A DNA stretch of 64,000 nt, taken from the NCBI GenBank assembly GCA_013378375.1, contig JACAFT010000001.1, positions 8,890 through 72,889 of the forward strand, given 5' to 3'. This document shows positions 45,156-55,084 of the stretch, piece after piece. The position numbers and the translations under genes are program-made. Below the pieces are notes generated by a model, which saw nothing but the letters and a program-made list of their open reading frames with translations, searched no databases and was not told where the DNA came from. Every line of letters starts with the position of its first letter. Position 1 is the first letter of the stretch. The stretch is from Nitrososphaerota archaeon. GTDB taxonomy: Archaea; Thermoproteota; Nitrososphaeria; Nitrososphaerales; UBA57.

Positions 45156-46139
45156 TCAATATTTTACTTGATTTCTTATTGTATTTGTTAATTTTTTTAA
45201 CATTATTAGTTTCGTTGAAATCGTTGATTCATTATTTGTTAATGGCATCATATTCATTATTGATTTTGACACTCTATTTTTTCCATTTATATCAATAATT
45301 TCACTCAATATCTTATAATCGTGTGGGGATATATTATTAAATAAACAATAATTTTTATAAATTTTATTTACTAAAATATTAATTTCATTACCAATTAAAC
45401 AATATGCATTTGCAATCATTTGGTTATTTGTTAAATATTCAATTTTTTTCTCTAATAATTCCATTTGTAAATTTAAATGCTCTGAGTCAATTTTTAATAA
45501 ATCTGAAAATGAAAGATATAGTTTGTTAATTACTTCTAGTCTTCTTTTAGTAGCTGATTTTGTTGACATTTCTAAATTTAATAATGAATAACAATTATCT
45601 ATGTTATAATTAATTTGAGAATTTTTTAATTGTTCTAATAAATGTGATGGATAAACTACTTTTCCATTTAATAATATAATTAAATTGATTAACTTGTAGC
45701 TTGCAGACATTATCCAATAATCTGCATCTAAAAATAAAGATTTATTTATTGCTTTGGAGCTTTTTTGTATTTCTGATGTTAAATTAATTAATGTTGAATG
45801 AATATGATTTTTTATAATTTTATTTTTATTTTTTTGCAAGTCGATAATATATTTAGAAATTCCTAATATATCGTCTTCAATAACTTTACAATTTAAAAAT
45901 TTATATGAATAATTCTTATTAGAATTTATTAATTCTTTATATGAAATATAATCAATATTAATAAATCCTATTTTATCATCAATTATTATTTTTGATTGAC
46001 GATTTGTACCTATGGTGATTATATTATATTCACAATATTTACATGATGAATTAGAAGATTTACATCCAATTATTACACTTGTATAATTGTTAGTATTTGT
46101 TTTTATTAATTTAACAAGTCTATTATTTACATTATTCAT
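45156..46139 (-). CDS. hypothetical protein (327 aa, Asn/Ile/Lys-rich), family not recognised
   Basis: A long ORF on the operon strand between the pfkB kinase and nucleotidyltransferase genes. The only visible motif is an N-terminal cysteine cluster (CKSSNSSCKYC). Confidence 0.6.
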   Translation of the reverse strand: MNNVNNRLVKLIKTNTNNYTSVIIGCKSSNSSCKYCEYNIITIGTNRQSKIIIDDKIGFINIDYISYKELINSNKNYSYKFLNCKVIEDDILGISKYIIDLQKNKNKIIKNHIHSTLINLTSEIQKSSKAINKSLFLDADYWIMSASYKLINLIILLNGKVVYPSHLLEQLKNSQINYNIDNCYSLLNLEMSTKSATKRRLEVINKLYLSFSDLLKIDSEHLNLQMELLEKKIEYLTNNQMIANAYCLIGNEINILVNKIYKNYCLFNNISPHDYKILSEIIDINGKNRVSKSIMNMMPLTNNESTISTKLIMLKKLTNTIRNQVKY

Positions 46140-46164
46140 TTCAGAAATTCACAATTTATTTGTA

Positions 46165-47052
46165 TTATTGAATATTTTTTATATTGTTATATATTTTATA
46201 TGCTTCTTCTTCATAATTTGATGTTATTTCAATTTTTTTTATACCTGTTCCATTTCTTGATGAAGCACATGCAATTCCTAATGATAATGCCCATGATATT
46301 TCCTCTCCTTTGAGATAATTACTAAAAAATACCCCGTCTAGTATGTCTCCTAATCCTATCGTATCGTATAATTTTCTTTTTTTGATATATTCAATATTGT
46401 AAATTTTATTTTTAGAAATTAGATAAGTTGTAATATTTCTATTTGTTCCTATTACTATTGAATAATGTTTAGAAATTTTTTTTAAACTTTCTAAAAAATT
46501 TTCGATTTTAGTAATTTTTTTTGATTCTTCTTTACTCACTTTGATAATATCTGTTTTTGGTAGTTCATTTAAATTATAATTCCTTAATTTACATGTTCCT
46601 TTGCTGTTGAATTTTCTTAGATATCCTTGTGGATCTAACATTGTTTTTTGTTCAAAGTTATTAATTATATTGTTATTTGATTTTGATATTTCATTTACTA
46701 TTGGACTAATTAATATTCCATCATACTTGTTATTATCTAATTCAGATAATTCTATATTTTCACATTTATTGATTAATTTTAATTCTTTATTATTATTTGA
46801 TTCTATGATTTCAAATTTTGTTGTGTTTTTCTTTGATATATTATTTATTGTGGTTAAATTATTTGTTTTTAACCATTTTGTGTATTTTTTTGGGAAGTCA
46901 TATCCGATTTTTGTATAAATTGATACATTTGTTTTTGAATTTTTACTAGCAATTCCTGCATAACATGGTGGTCCTCCTATTGATAGTTCTTTGTTTTGTT
47001 GATTGGTAATTTTGTCTATTGATATATGTCCAGTTATACATATATTGACCAA
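46165..47052 (-). CDS. PfkB-family carbohydrate/nucleoside kinase
   Basis: GGPPCYAGI near the N-terminus and the C-terminal DTIGLGD anion-hole motif. TTG start. Confidence 0.8.
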   Translation of the reverse strand: MVNICITGHISIDKITNQQNKELSIGGPPCYAGIASKNSKTNVSIYTKIGYDFPKKYTKWLKTNNLTTINNISKKNTTKFEIIESNNNKELKLINKCENIELSELDNNKYDGILISPIVNEISKSNNNIINNFEQKTMLDPQGYLRKFNSKGTCKLRNYNLNELPKTDIIKVSKEESKKITKIENFLESLKKISKHYSIVIGTNRNITTYLISKNKIYNIEYIKKRKLYDTIGLGDILDGVFFSNYLKGEEISWALSLGIACASSRNGTGIKKIEITSNYEEEAYKIYNNIKNIQ

Positions 47053-47119
47053 TTATTTCACAAAAAAATTATACTTCCATAAGATTTATGCATAAGCAAA
47101 TTTACATATTTATAATAAT

Positions 47120-47404
47120 ATGCCGAAAAAACGAAAAAGTGGTGGTAGAGCGAAGGGAGGAAAAGGTCATTCTGACTCTATATCTTGTAGTAATTGTGGA
47201 ACATTGGTTCCTAAAGATAAGGCAAAAAAGAAAACCGGACGAGTAACTTTGGTTGAACCTACTTTAGCTCGTGAATTAAGGGCTGCAGGAACATATATTG
47301 CTTCACAAAAAACAATAAAATACTATTGTATTTCTTGTGCAGTACATTATGGTTTAGTAAAAGTCAGAGCTAAAAATGAACGGCATAGACGTACTAAATA
47401 TTAA
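47120..47404 (+). CDS. rps26e: 30S ribosomal protein S26e (eS26)
   Basis: MPKKRKSGGRAKGGKGH, CSNCG...YYCISCAVH. The family is restricted to TACK archaea and eukaryotes. Confidence 0.92.
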   Translation: MPKKRKSGGRAKGGKGHSDSISCSNCGTLVPKDKAKKKTGRVTLVEPTLARELRAAGTYIASQKTIKYYCISCAVHYGLVKVRAKNERHRRTKY

Positions 47405-47405
47405 T

Positions 47406-47996
47406 TCAGTTTAATCTATCTGTCGCTGATTTAAATCTTTGTATTATTGTTATGAATGATATAATTATTATTATTATCATTGCTTCTCTTATTAATGACG
47501 CAAAACTTAATATTATTAGTATTAGTAATCTTTCTGATCTTTCACCCATTCCTATTCCCTGTAATTTAACCTGTAATGATTCTGCTTTTGCTCTGGTGTA
47601 GCTTACTGTTATTGATGCTGCCAGTGCTAATAATACAATAATTGGTTCTGCATATTGTCCTAAAATAATTCCTGAAAAAATAAATATTTCTGCAATTCTA
47701 TCTAGTGTAGAATCTATGAAAGAACCTTTACGGGAAGCTGTTTTTGTAGCTCGTGCTACTGCTCCATCTAATAAATCGCATATTCCTGATAATAGTAAAA
47801 ATATTCCTGCAATTATATGACTATCAAATCCTAGTACTACATCGCCAAATATAGTTTTCGAATAATATAATCCTGAAATTAATGCAAAAACTAAAGCCAC
47901 TATGCTAATTGCTGTTGGGGATATGTTGAATTTGGCAATTTTTGCTCCAATTTTATTACTAATTGGGTCTATCTTTGGTCTTAATTTTTCTAACAA
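47406..47996 (-). CDS. CDP-alcohol phosphatidyltransferase family protein
   Basis: The signature DLLDGAVARATKTASRKGSFIDSTLDRIAE (D-G-x2-A-R-x8-G-x3-D-x3-D). Polytopic. Confidence 0.88.
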   Translation of the reverse strand: MLEKLRPKIDPISNKIGAKIAKFNISPTAISIVALVFALISGLYYSKTIFGDVVLGFDSHIIAGIFLLLSGICDLLDGAVARATKTASRKGSFIDSTLDRIAEIFIFSGIILGQYAEPIIVLLALAASITVSYTRAKAESLQVKLQGIGMGERSERLLILIILSFASLIREAMIIIIIISFITIIQRFKSATDRLN

Positions 47997-48083
47997 GTAT
48001 TCTGATAATTTGCATTGTCATTTATTACATTTTCTACATCAATCCTTTAAATATCAAAATACGATTAATCAATTAGGATCGTA

Positions 48084-48287
48084 ATGGGTAAAATTAGTAA
48101 GGGTGTGGATTGTTCTGTGAGTAATTGCACAAATTCTGCTATGCGTTCTATGAGTAGTAAAAATGTAGATTCAAGTGAATTTTCTATATCTTCTGATTCA
48201 AATAAAGTATATTTTTGTACAGAACATTATAAATCTTGGAAAAAATCTACAAAAGAATTAAGAAAATCTGAACGAGCAAGATATTAG
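48084..48287 (+). CDS. small hypothetical protein with a Cys/His cluster (CSVSNC...FCTEH)
   Basis: 67-aa ORF with an ATG start, lying just upstream of thrS. I do not recognise the family. Confidence 0.45.
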   Translation: MGKISKGVDCSVSNCTNSAMRSMSSKNVDSSEFSISSDSNKVYFCTEHYKSWKKSTKELRKSERARY

Positions 48288-48296
48288 GTATAAACT

Positions 48297-50150
48297 ATGA
48301 GAATTCTACTATTACATTCTGATTATATTGAATATCAGGCAATTAAAAAAGAGATTGATATAGCTGAGGACTCTGATACTAATCTAAAACGATATGACGA
48401 TATTGTAGTTCTATTCACCTGTTTAGAATCCCAGGATAACGAGAATACAATTAAAAATTCTCTTTCTGATATTAAATCTTCACTTGATAATTTAAATTGC
48501 AATCGTGTTGTAGTTTATCCATATTCTCATCTGAGTGATGATCTTGCGAATGCATCTAAAGCTATATCATTATTGAATCAATTCAAGACTAGTTTATCTG
48601 ACGAAGGTAATGATGTTCAGAGTAGTCCATTTGGCTGGAATAAATCATTTACTATTCGTGTAAAGGGACATCCTCTGGCCGAACAATTAAAAATAATTAC
48701 TTCAGATAGTACAGAATCCCATCAAAGTGATGCTTTAAAATCTGAAGAACGCTTAGAGTCCAAATATTTGATAATGTCTGCTGATGGTAATATTGACTCG
48801 GTAGAGAAATTTAATTATAATAATTTTAAAAATCTTAAGGCATTACAGAAATATGAATTAAGCAAATCCCGAGTTGTTACATCTCATCCTCCTCATGTCG
48901 AATTAATGAAAAAATTATCTTTGGTTGATTATGAACCTGGTTCTGATTCTGGTAATTTACGTTTTTATCCTAAAGGGCGATTCATTAAATCTTTGTTGGA
49001 AAAATATGTTACATCCGAAGTTAAGAAATATGGTGCATTGGAAGTAGAAACTCCTATCATGTATGATTCCAATCATCCTAGCCTTGCTAGTTATCTTAAT
49101 CGTTTTCCTGCGAGGCAATACATTGTTAATTCCGATAATAAAAACTTATTTTTGAGATTTAGTGCTTGTTTTGGACAGTTTCTAATGCTCCATGATTCTA
49201 TTATATCTCATAAACAATTACCTGTTAAATTATATGAATTGACTCGTTATAGTTTTCGTCGTGAAAAATCTGGTGAATTGGTAGGACTAAGGAGATTACG
49301 TGCTTTTACCATGCCTGATTGTCATGCATTATGTCGTAACATTGAAGAATCCAAGTCAGAAATATTAAAAAGATTTAATCTATCTAGAGACGTTCTTCAG
49401 GGAATTGGTTTTAATCAAGATGATTACGAATTGGCAATTCGAGTTACTCAAGATTTCTATGACGAAAATATTGATTTCATTAAACGTATTGCTAAAGATT
49501 GGAATGGACCTATATTCATTGAAATCTGGCCTGAAAAATTCTTTTACTTCATATTCAAATGGGAATTTAATTTCATTGATAATTTGGGTAAGGCTTCTGC
49601 TCTATCTACTGATCAAATTGATGTTGAAAATGCTGAAAGATATGGCATTGACTATGTCGACGAGAATGGAGATAAGAAAATTCCAATTATTTTACATAAT
49701 TCCCCTAGTGGAGCTATAGAAAGATGTTTGTATGCTTTATTGGAAAAAGCAGCTAAAGTGCAAAGAGAAGGTAAAACTCCTTCCCTTCCATTCTGGTTAT
49801 GTCCGACACAGATTAGGATAATTCCATTATCACAAGATTTTCATGATGTTTCATTAGATTGTCTTGAAGAGTTATCCAGTTTTGGCTTCCGAGTTGATTT
49901 TGATGATCGTGATCTATCTGTGGGTAAAAAGGTTCGTGAAGCTGAGAAAGAATGGCTGCCATTTATCCTTGTTTTAGGCAAAAATGAAGTTGAAAGTAAA
50001 AAATTTCAGGTTCGTGATCGATATTCTGGGGAAATAATTACAATGTCATTATCTGAACTGATTGAACATTGTAAAAAACTTTCAAATGGAATGATAACTG
50101 ATGAGCTTCCTCTCTCTAGATTTATCTCAGACAGGCCTCAGTTCAAATAA
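48297..50150 (+). CDS. thrS: threonyl-tRNA synthetase (archaeal type with N-terminal DTD-like editing domain)
   Basis: N-terminal MRILLLHSDYIEY is the archaeal editing domain. The class II core has FPARQY, FRREKSGELVGLRRLRAFTMPD and a C-terminal anticodon-binding domain. Confidence 0.9.
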   Translation: MRILLLHSDYIEYQAIKKEIDIAEDSDTNLKRYDDIVVLFTCLESQDNENTIKNSLSDIKSSLDNLNCNRVVVYPYSHLSDDLANASKAISLLNQFKTSLSDEGNDVQSSPFGWNKSFTIRVKGHPLAEQLKIITSDSTESHQSDALKSEERLESKYLIMSADGNIDSVEKFNYNNFKNLKALQKYELSKSRVVTSHPPHVELMKKLSLVDYEPGSDSGNLRFYPKGRFIKSLLEKYVTSEVKKYGALEVETPIMYDSNHPSLASYLNRFPARQYIVNSDNKNLFLRFSACFGQFLMLHDSIISHKQLPVKLYELTRYSFRREKSGELVGLRRLRAFTMPDCHALCRNIEESKSEILKRFNLSRDVLQGIGFNQDDYELAIRVTQDFYDENIDFIKRIAKDWNGPIFIEIWPEKFFYFIFKWEFNFIDNLGKASALSTDQIDVENAERYGIDYVDENGDKKIPIILHNSPSGAIERCLYALLEKAAKVQREGKTPSLPFWLCPTQIRIIPLSQDFHDVSLDCLEELSSFGFRVDFDDRDLSVGKKVREAEKEWLPFILVLGKNEVESKKFQVRDRYSGEIITMSLSELIEHCKKLSNGMITDELPLSRFISDRPQFK

Positions 50151-51020
50151 TTAGCGTTTGTCTGCAATGCAAATAAGTTCCGCAAGTAAATTTGCCGCTA
50201 AAACTGATGTTGACCCGTTATCATATGCAGGTATAAGCTCTACAATGTCAAATCCTGTTAGCTTGAAATTATCCAGACAATAAATGAATTCAAATATTTC
50301 TCTACTAGTCATGCCGTTTGACTCTGGATTTCCAACTCCTGGTGCAAATGCTGGATCCATTACGTCCAAGTCTATACTTACGTACACATCATTTGAACTG
50401 CTTAATGTATCTTTGAATTGTTTTAATCCTGTATTTAATTCATATATCTTTTCCATATCAATTATTGTTATGTCATCTTTGTTCATAAAATCCCATTCGT
50501 CTTTTGTAGCTGCTCTTGAACCTATATGAATAAGGTTTGACATGCACCCGTCTTCATACAATCTTCTGAGAAAAGTTGCATGACTTAGTTTTAACCCTTC
50601 GAATTCATCTCTGAAATCAAGATGAGCGTCAAAGACTACTAATGTGCAATTATCTATGCCTCTAACTGATCCGTTGGTTAATGAATGGTCTCCGCCTAAG
50701 ATTGCAGGAATCTTGCCATTTGAGACTATCTCTCTTGTCACTTCTTTTACCATCTTGTTCATTTCATTTATATCACCGACTTTTGATAAATTGCCTAAAT
50801 CTCTGATGTTTATATCCTCCAAGTCCTTTCCTAATCTCTTTGAATATATCTCAATGTTCTGGAAAGATTCTCGAATTGCATTTGGAGCAAATCTAGAGCC
50901 AGTTCTGTATGTTGAGGTTGCGTCAAATGGCACTCCAAAAATATTTATTTGCTCTTTATTATTATTTGATAAATTTGTAATCAGGGGTTCGTTTGTTAAG
51001 TATAAATCTGCTTTACTCAT
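50151..51020 (-). CDS. speB: agmatinase / ureohydrolase family
   Basis: Mn-binding motifs GGDHS, DAHLDFR and SIDLDVMDP. Confidence 0.88.
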   Translation of the reverse strand: MSKADLYLTNEPLITNLSNNNKEQINIFGVPFDATSTYRTGSRFAPNAIRESFQNIEIYSKRLGKDLEDINIRDLGNLSKVGDINEMNKMVKEVTREIVSNGKIPAILGGDHSLTNGSVRGIDNCTLVVFDAHLDFRDEFEGLKLSHATFLRRLYEDGCMSNLIHIGSRAATKDEWDFMNKDDITIIDMEKIYELNTGLKQFKDTLSSSNDVYVSIDLDVMDPAFAPGVGNPESNGMTSREIFEFIYCLDNFKLTGFDIVELIPAYDNGSTSVLAANLLAELICIADKR

Positions 51021-51994
51021 TTCTTTTCTAACCTTTCAATTAATGCCGATGCAATTAAAGGAAATGCCAATGTTACTTCTGATATTACTGTTATTTTATT
51101 TCCTTCTGGATTAATTTTTCCCCACGATACTGCTTCTTCTGGAGGTGCTCCAGATAATCCTCCTGTTTCAGGACGATCTAATGTTATTTGTATTACATTG
51201 TCTAACATATTATTTCCAAAATAGAATGATTGGAATACAAAATTCTTTGGAACTCCTCCTCCTAATATTATAGCTCCTGATTTTTTTTCTTTTGTTCTTA
51301 TATCCCAGATATCTTGTAGATCTTTGAATACGTCTACATTTAATTTTCCTGGGTTCTTTCTATTGTAAATCGCTGCTTGTAATCCAAATACTGAATCATG
51401 TATTGTTGGAACGAATAATTTAATATTATTTTTATAACATGCTTTTAATATTGATTCAGGTTCTTCAGGAATTCTTTGCGCAATATTATTTATTAGTTCT
51501 GATATTGATAATATATTTCCTTCATTATTTCTTGCAATATCGTCATATAATTCTAATAATGGTTCATCAAACTTTGATTGAAAATCGTCTTCAGATACTA
51601 ATACATCATAAATTCTATCTATCTTTTTTTCAAGTAGTTTATCATCTCTCATGTTGGCTTCTCCTTTGTAAAAACTACCGCCATATGACAACATCATATC
51701 ATGGACTAGATTTGCACCAGTTGTTACAATAGAATTAACTAATCCTCTTTCAATTAATTCAATTATTACTTTATTCATTCCAGCAGGAACTAGTGCTCCT
51801 GACAATGTTAAAAAAATATATGAATTGCTTTTTACCATTTCTTCGTAAGTATCTACTGCTTTTGAAAGCATACCTGACATAAATGATCCTGATTTACTCA
51901 TTTCATTAACTAATTCATTTGTTGTCATGCCTGGCCATATCTTCATAGGTTCAACTTTTCCTTTATGAAAAGTGTGTTTTTCCATGTTTAGCAA
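51017..51994 (-). CDS. dys: deoxyhypusine synthase
   Basis: TLSGALVPAGM, TTGANLVHD and ILGGGVPKNF. It overlaps speB by 4 nt. Confidence 0.9.
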   Translation of the reverse strand: MLNMEKHTFHKGKVEPMKIWPGMTTNELVNEMSKSGSFMSGMLSKAVDTYEEMVKSNSYIFLTLSGALVPAGMNKVIIELIERGLVNSIVTTGANLVHDMMLSYGGSFYKGEANMRDDKLLEKKIDRIYDVLVSEDDFQSKFDEPLLELYDDIARNNEGNILSISELINNIAQRIPEEPESILKACYKNNIKLFVPTIHDSVFGLQAAIYNRKNPGKLNVDVFKDLQDIWDIRTKEKKSGAIILGGGVPKNFVFQSFYFGNNMLDNVIQITLDRPETGGLSGAPPEEAVSWGKINPEGNKITVISEVTLAFPLIASALIERLEKK

Positions 51995-52056
51995 TTTGAT
52001 TTCTCGAATATATAATATTCTGTATTAATTAGATTATATCTTTTAATTATTTAATA

Positions 52057-54597
52057 TCATTCTTTATTATTCCAGAATAAATCTTCTAATCTTGTTACTC
52101 CTAGTATATCATCAAAAGAAAATCCTAATGGACCTAATAATTGATCGAATGTACTTTTCATAATTTCTTCATATTTTTTCTTATCAATATCTCGTATTTT
52201 TGCTAATTTTAATGGTTTTACTCTTTCATTTCCTATTGTTTTTACAAATGAGATTATATCTCCAGCCTTCATAAAATCCATCTCACCGTTTTTTCTATTG
52301 TATTCTTCTAATAATTTAGCCGCACGTATATGTTGTGGAACTGTTGTTTTATACATATTTGTTGGTTTACTCATCATCATTCTAAATGCTAATTTTTCTA
52401 TTGGAACTTTATCTTCTTTTAGTTTTTTATTGCTTTCTTTAGCGATGTTTCTTATTTCAGTTCTTACTTTTTCAAAATCTTTTTCAGTTTCTGCTTCGCC
52501 TAATTTGTCTATTGCTTCATAAAATGCTTCTTTAACGAATAATGGTATGTGGCTCTTTTTACCAGTTAATCCTTTAATTATTACTTGACCATCATTTTTT
52601 ACAACAATATAGTTTTTTTTTCTTTCAGAAAATACTGCATATCTGTATTTAGCTTCTAGTTCTAAATCTACACCTTGGTTTTTTTGTGACCATTGTATTA
52701 AATTATCAATTTCTTCTTGATTTGTTGATTTAATAAATAATGAATCAGTATCTCCGTATAATACTTCTATGCCGCTCTTTTTTGCTGCTTCTACTGTTTC
52801 AGTAATTATGTTTCTTCCAATAGCTGCTGTTGAATCCGCAACTGGTAAGAAAAATAAAGGAAATATTGGAGCTCCTAGTACGCCATAGCTTGCATTTAGT
52901 ATTACTTTTAACGCCTGAGATACAACTGAATATAGATTTTTTTCATCAGATGATAATTTTGCCATTTTTGGTAGTGGCTTATAATAATTTACTCGTATGT
53001 CTCTTAATGATCCTACTAATAATGATATTATGCCTCTTCTTTTATTACATACCCAGTGTTTGCTACCTTTAATCAAATTTGTTTGGTGTTCTTTGTGTCT
53101 GCATCGAACAGTTTCATATGAGAGATTGTTTACTTTTATTATGCTTGGATATAGGCTTGCAAAGTCTAGTGCAGATACGCCAAAATAAACTCCTATCTTT
53201 GGTTCTAGAACCATTCCGCCTTGATATTGTTTTCCTTCGATAACTGCTTCAGAAGATATTTCTTTTAATTCTTCTTCTTGAATTTCTAGTTCATCTTTTC
53301 TTGGTATTAGTGCGTTAATCTTTCTATGTTCAAAATATATCATGCTCCTAATCCAGTTTGAAACTCCGATTCTGGATAGATCATTTATTGGCATCTTCGT
53401 TATTCTAGAAATTACTAATAATAATTTCATTAGTAAATCTCCGTCAAAACTTGTTAATTCTAATGTAATTGCAGCATCATTATGATTGTATTTAGCAAGA
53501 TGATAATATGTTTGTTCTCCTATATCTCCCTTGAAATCAATTTTGGTTTTTCCAATTATCGCAGAACTTACTGCATTCAAACTATGTTCTGAATATTTAT
53601 TTCCAAATGCATATATCTGAATTGATCTGTTCATAAATGTTCTATATAAATCTAAATGTATTCCTCGTTTTAGATTTGCATCAACTCTTCCTAGTTGTAT
53701 TGGTATTTCTTCTTTTTTTATTCCTGACTTTAATGCTCTGTTATAGATGTATTTTAAATCAAAATCATCTCCATTGTATGTAATAATACACGGATAATTT
53801 TCAATCACTTTGAATATATTTTCTATTAATGATTTCTCATCATCTACAAAAACGATTTTAACGTTCTTGTCTAATTCATTAGTTCCTGATTCTATTCCTT
53901 CTCTTCGAAGAATGATTACTTGATTAAAATTATCACTAGCTGCAAATCCGACTGATATTATTGGATATCTTGCTTCACCTGCATCTGGAAATCTATCTGT
54001 TTTATCAGAATGTACTTCAATATCAAGTGCAACTCGTTTTATACTAGGTAGAGGTTGACTGAGCAGTTCCGCCCATTCATTAATTTTATTTTTTATATCG
54101 TCATCTGTATTTTCTATACCCTTTTGTAACATTTCATTTGTTTCTTTTGGTATTGAGAATTTATCAGCAATTATTTTATCATCTTTAATTTGATAGTATA
54201 TTCCAGGAATAAGCGCCTTGTCATACATATACGTCTCATAATATTTTATATCTGCCTCCCATGCAGTTATTCTATCTCTTATGCTTTTTCCTGGCATTCC
54301 ACCTATTACTAAAGGATTATCTGCAATAATTTTCAACATTATTTCTTCCTTATCGTTTAATAAGTCAATTTTTGATATTTCTTCAATATCAATTTTATCG
54401 TTCTTTTTTAATGAGTTGAGAAGAGTTTCATCATTATCTTTTTTAATTAAACAATATGGTTTATGTCCAGAATTATCATACCAAAGTTTTATTTTATCGT
54501 TTTTTTCATCATAAAATTTTAAATAAACTTTCTTTTTTTCACCATCATAAGACGCTGATAATAAAATCATATCATTATCTTGAATTTGTTCAGTCAT
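52057..54597 (-). CDS. polB: family B DNA polymerase
   Basis: Exonuclease motifs DIEV, YNGDDFD and HNDA.., and polymerase motifs DFASLYPSII, KVILNASYG and YGDTDS. 846 aa. Confidence 0.95.
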   Translation of the reverse strand: MTEQIQDNDMILLSASYDGEKKKVYLKFYDEKNDKIKLWYDNSGHKPYCLIKKDNDETLLNSLKKNDKIDIEEISKIDLLNDKEEIMLKIIADNPLVIGGMPGKSIRDRITAWEADIKYYETYMYDKALIPGIYYQIKDDKIIADKFSIPKETNEMLQKGIENTDDDIKNKINEWAELLSQPLPSIKRVALDIEVHSDKTDRFPDAGEARYPIISVGFAASDNFNQVIILRREGIESGTNELDKNVKIVFVDDEKSLIENIFKVIENYPCIITYNGDDFDLKYIYNRALKSGIKKEEIPIQLGRVDANLKRGIHLDLYRTFMNRSIQIYAFGNKYSEHSLNAVSSAIIGKTKIDFKGDIGEQTYYHLAKYNHNDAAITLELTSFDGDLLMKLLLVISRITKMPINDLSRIGVSNWIRSMIYFEHRKINALIPRKDELEIQEEELKEISSEAVIEGKQYQGGMVLEPKIGVYFGVSALDFASLYPSIIKVNNLSYETVRCRHKEHQTNLIKGSKHWVCNKRRGIISLLVGSLRDIRVNYYKPLPKMAKLSSDEKNLYSVVSQALKVILNASYGVLGAPIFPLFFLPVADSTAAIGRNIITETVEAAKKSGIEVLYGDTDSLFIKSTNQEEIDNLIQWSQKNQGVDLELEAKYRYAVFSERKKNYIVVKNDGQVIIKGLTGKKSHIPLFVKEAFYEAIDKLGEAETEKDFEKVRTEIRNIAKESNKKLKEDKVPIEKLAFRMMMSKPTNMYKTTVPQHIRAAKLLEEYNRKNGEMDFMKAGDIISFVKTIGNERVKPLKLAKIRDIDKKKYEEIMKSTFDQLLGPLGFSFDDILGVTRLEDLFWNNKE

Positions 54598-54660
54598 CTG
54601 TACTCTTATATACCATATGAAAATATAAACAAATAATAGAAATAACTGGATCTTGATATC

Positions 54661-55014
54661 ATGAATAAATATTATGTAATAATACTTTCGCTTCTTGGAA
54701 TATATTGGATTGTTTCAGCTATCTTGCAACACGGTCCTTTCTTATTGATTATTCCTGGAATGGTTAGTTTACTTACTGTAATTTCATTAAATTTTTCTTC
54801 ATTGAGTAGATATTCTGATAAATTGTTTCTTCCTACATTGTTGTATAATTTGGTACTTACTATATATCAGTCATATTCTTCATTTAGTGTTCTTACTACT
54901 CGTTTTTTAATTCTTGAAATTGGTATTCTGATAATTAATTTAATTTTTAGTATAATCCTATTCTTTATGGTTCTACAAGTCCTTCGAAAGAATCCTGTTG
55001 CGGATATTTCTTAA
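54661..55014 (+). CDS. small membrane protein (3-4 TM helices)
   Basis: 117-aa hydrophobic ORF with an ATG start. I do not recognise the family. Confidence 0.5.
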   Translation: MNKYYVIILSLLGIYWIVSAILQHGPFLLIIPGMVSLLTVISLNFSSLSRYSDKLFLPTLLYNLVLTIYQSYSSFSVLTTRFLILEIGILIINLIFSIILFFMVLQVLRKNPVADIS

Positions 55015-55084
55015 AGTTATTTTTTATATTCGCCATAAAAGTCATATTTTTATATATTTTAGTCAAATAAGTTGTAAATATACC

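Noticed and set aside
49405-49719. 104-aa same-strand alternative-frame ORF inside thrS
   Set aside because: It is embedded in the conserved class II catalytic core of ThrRS. The translation is Leu/Ile/Lys-rich noise, and there is no evidence for overprinting.
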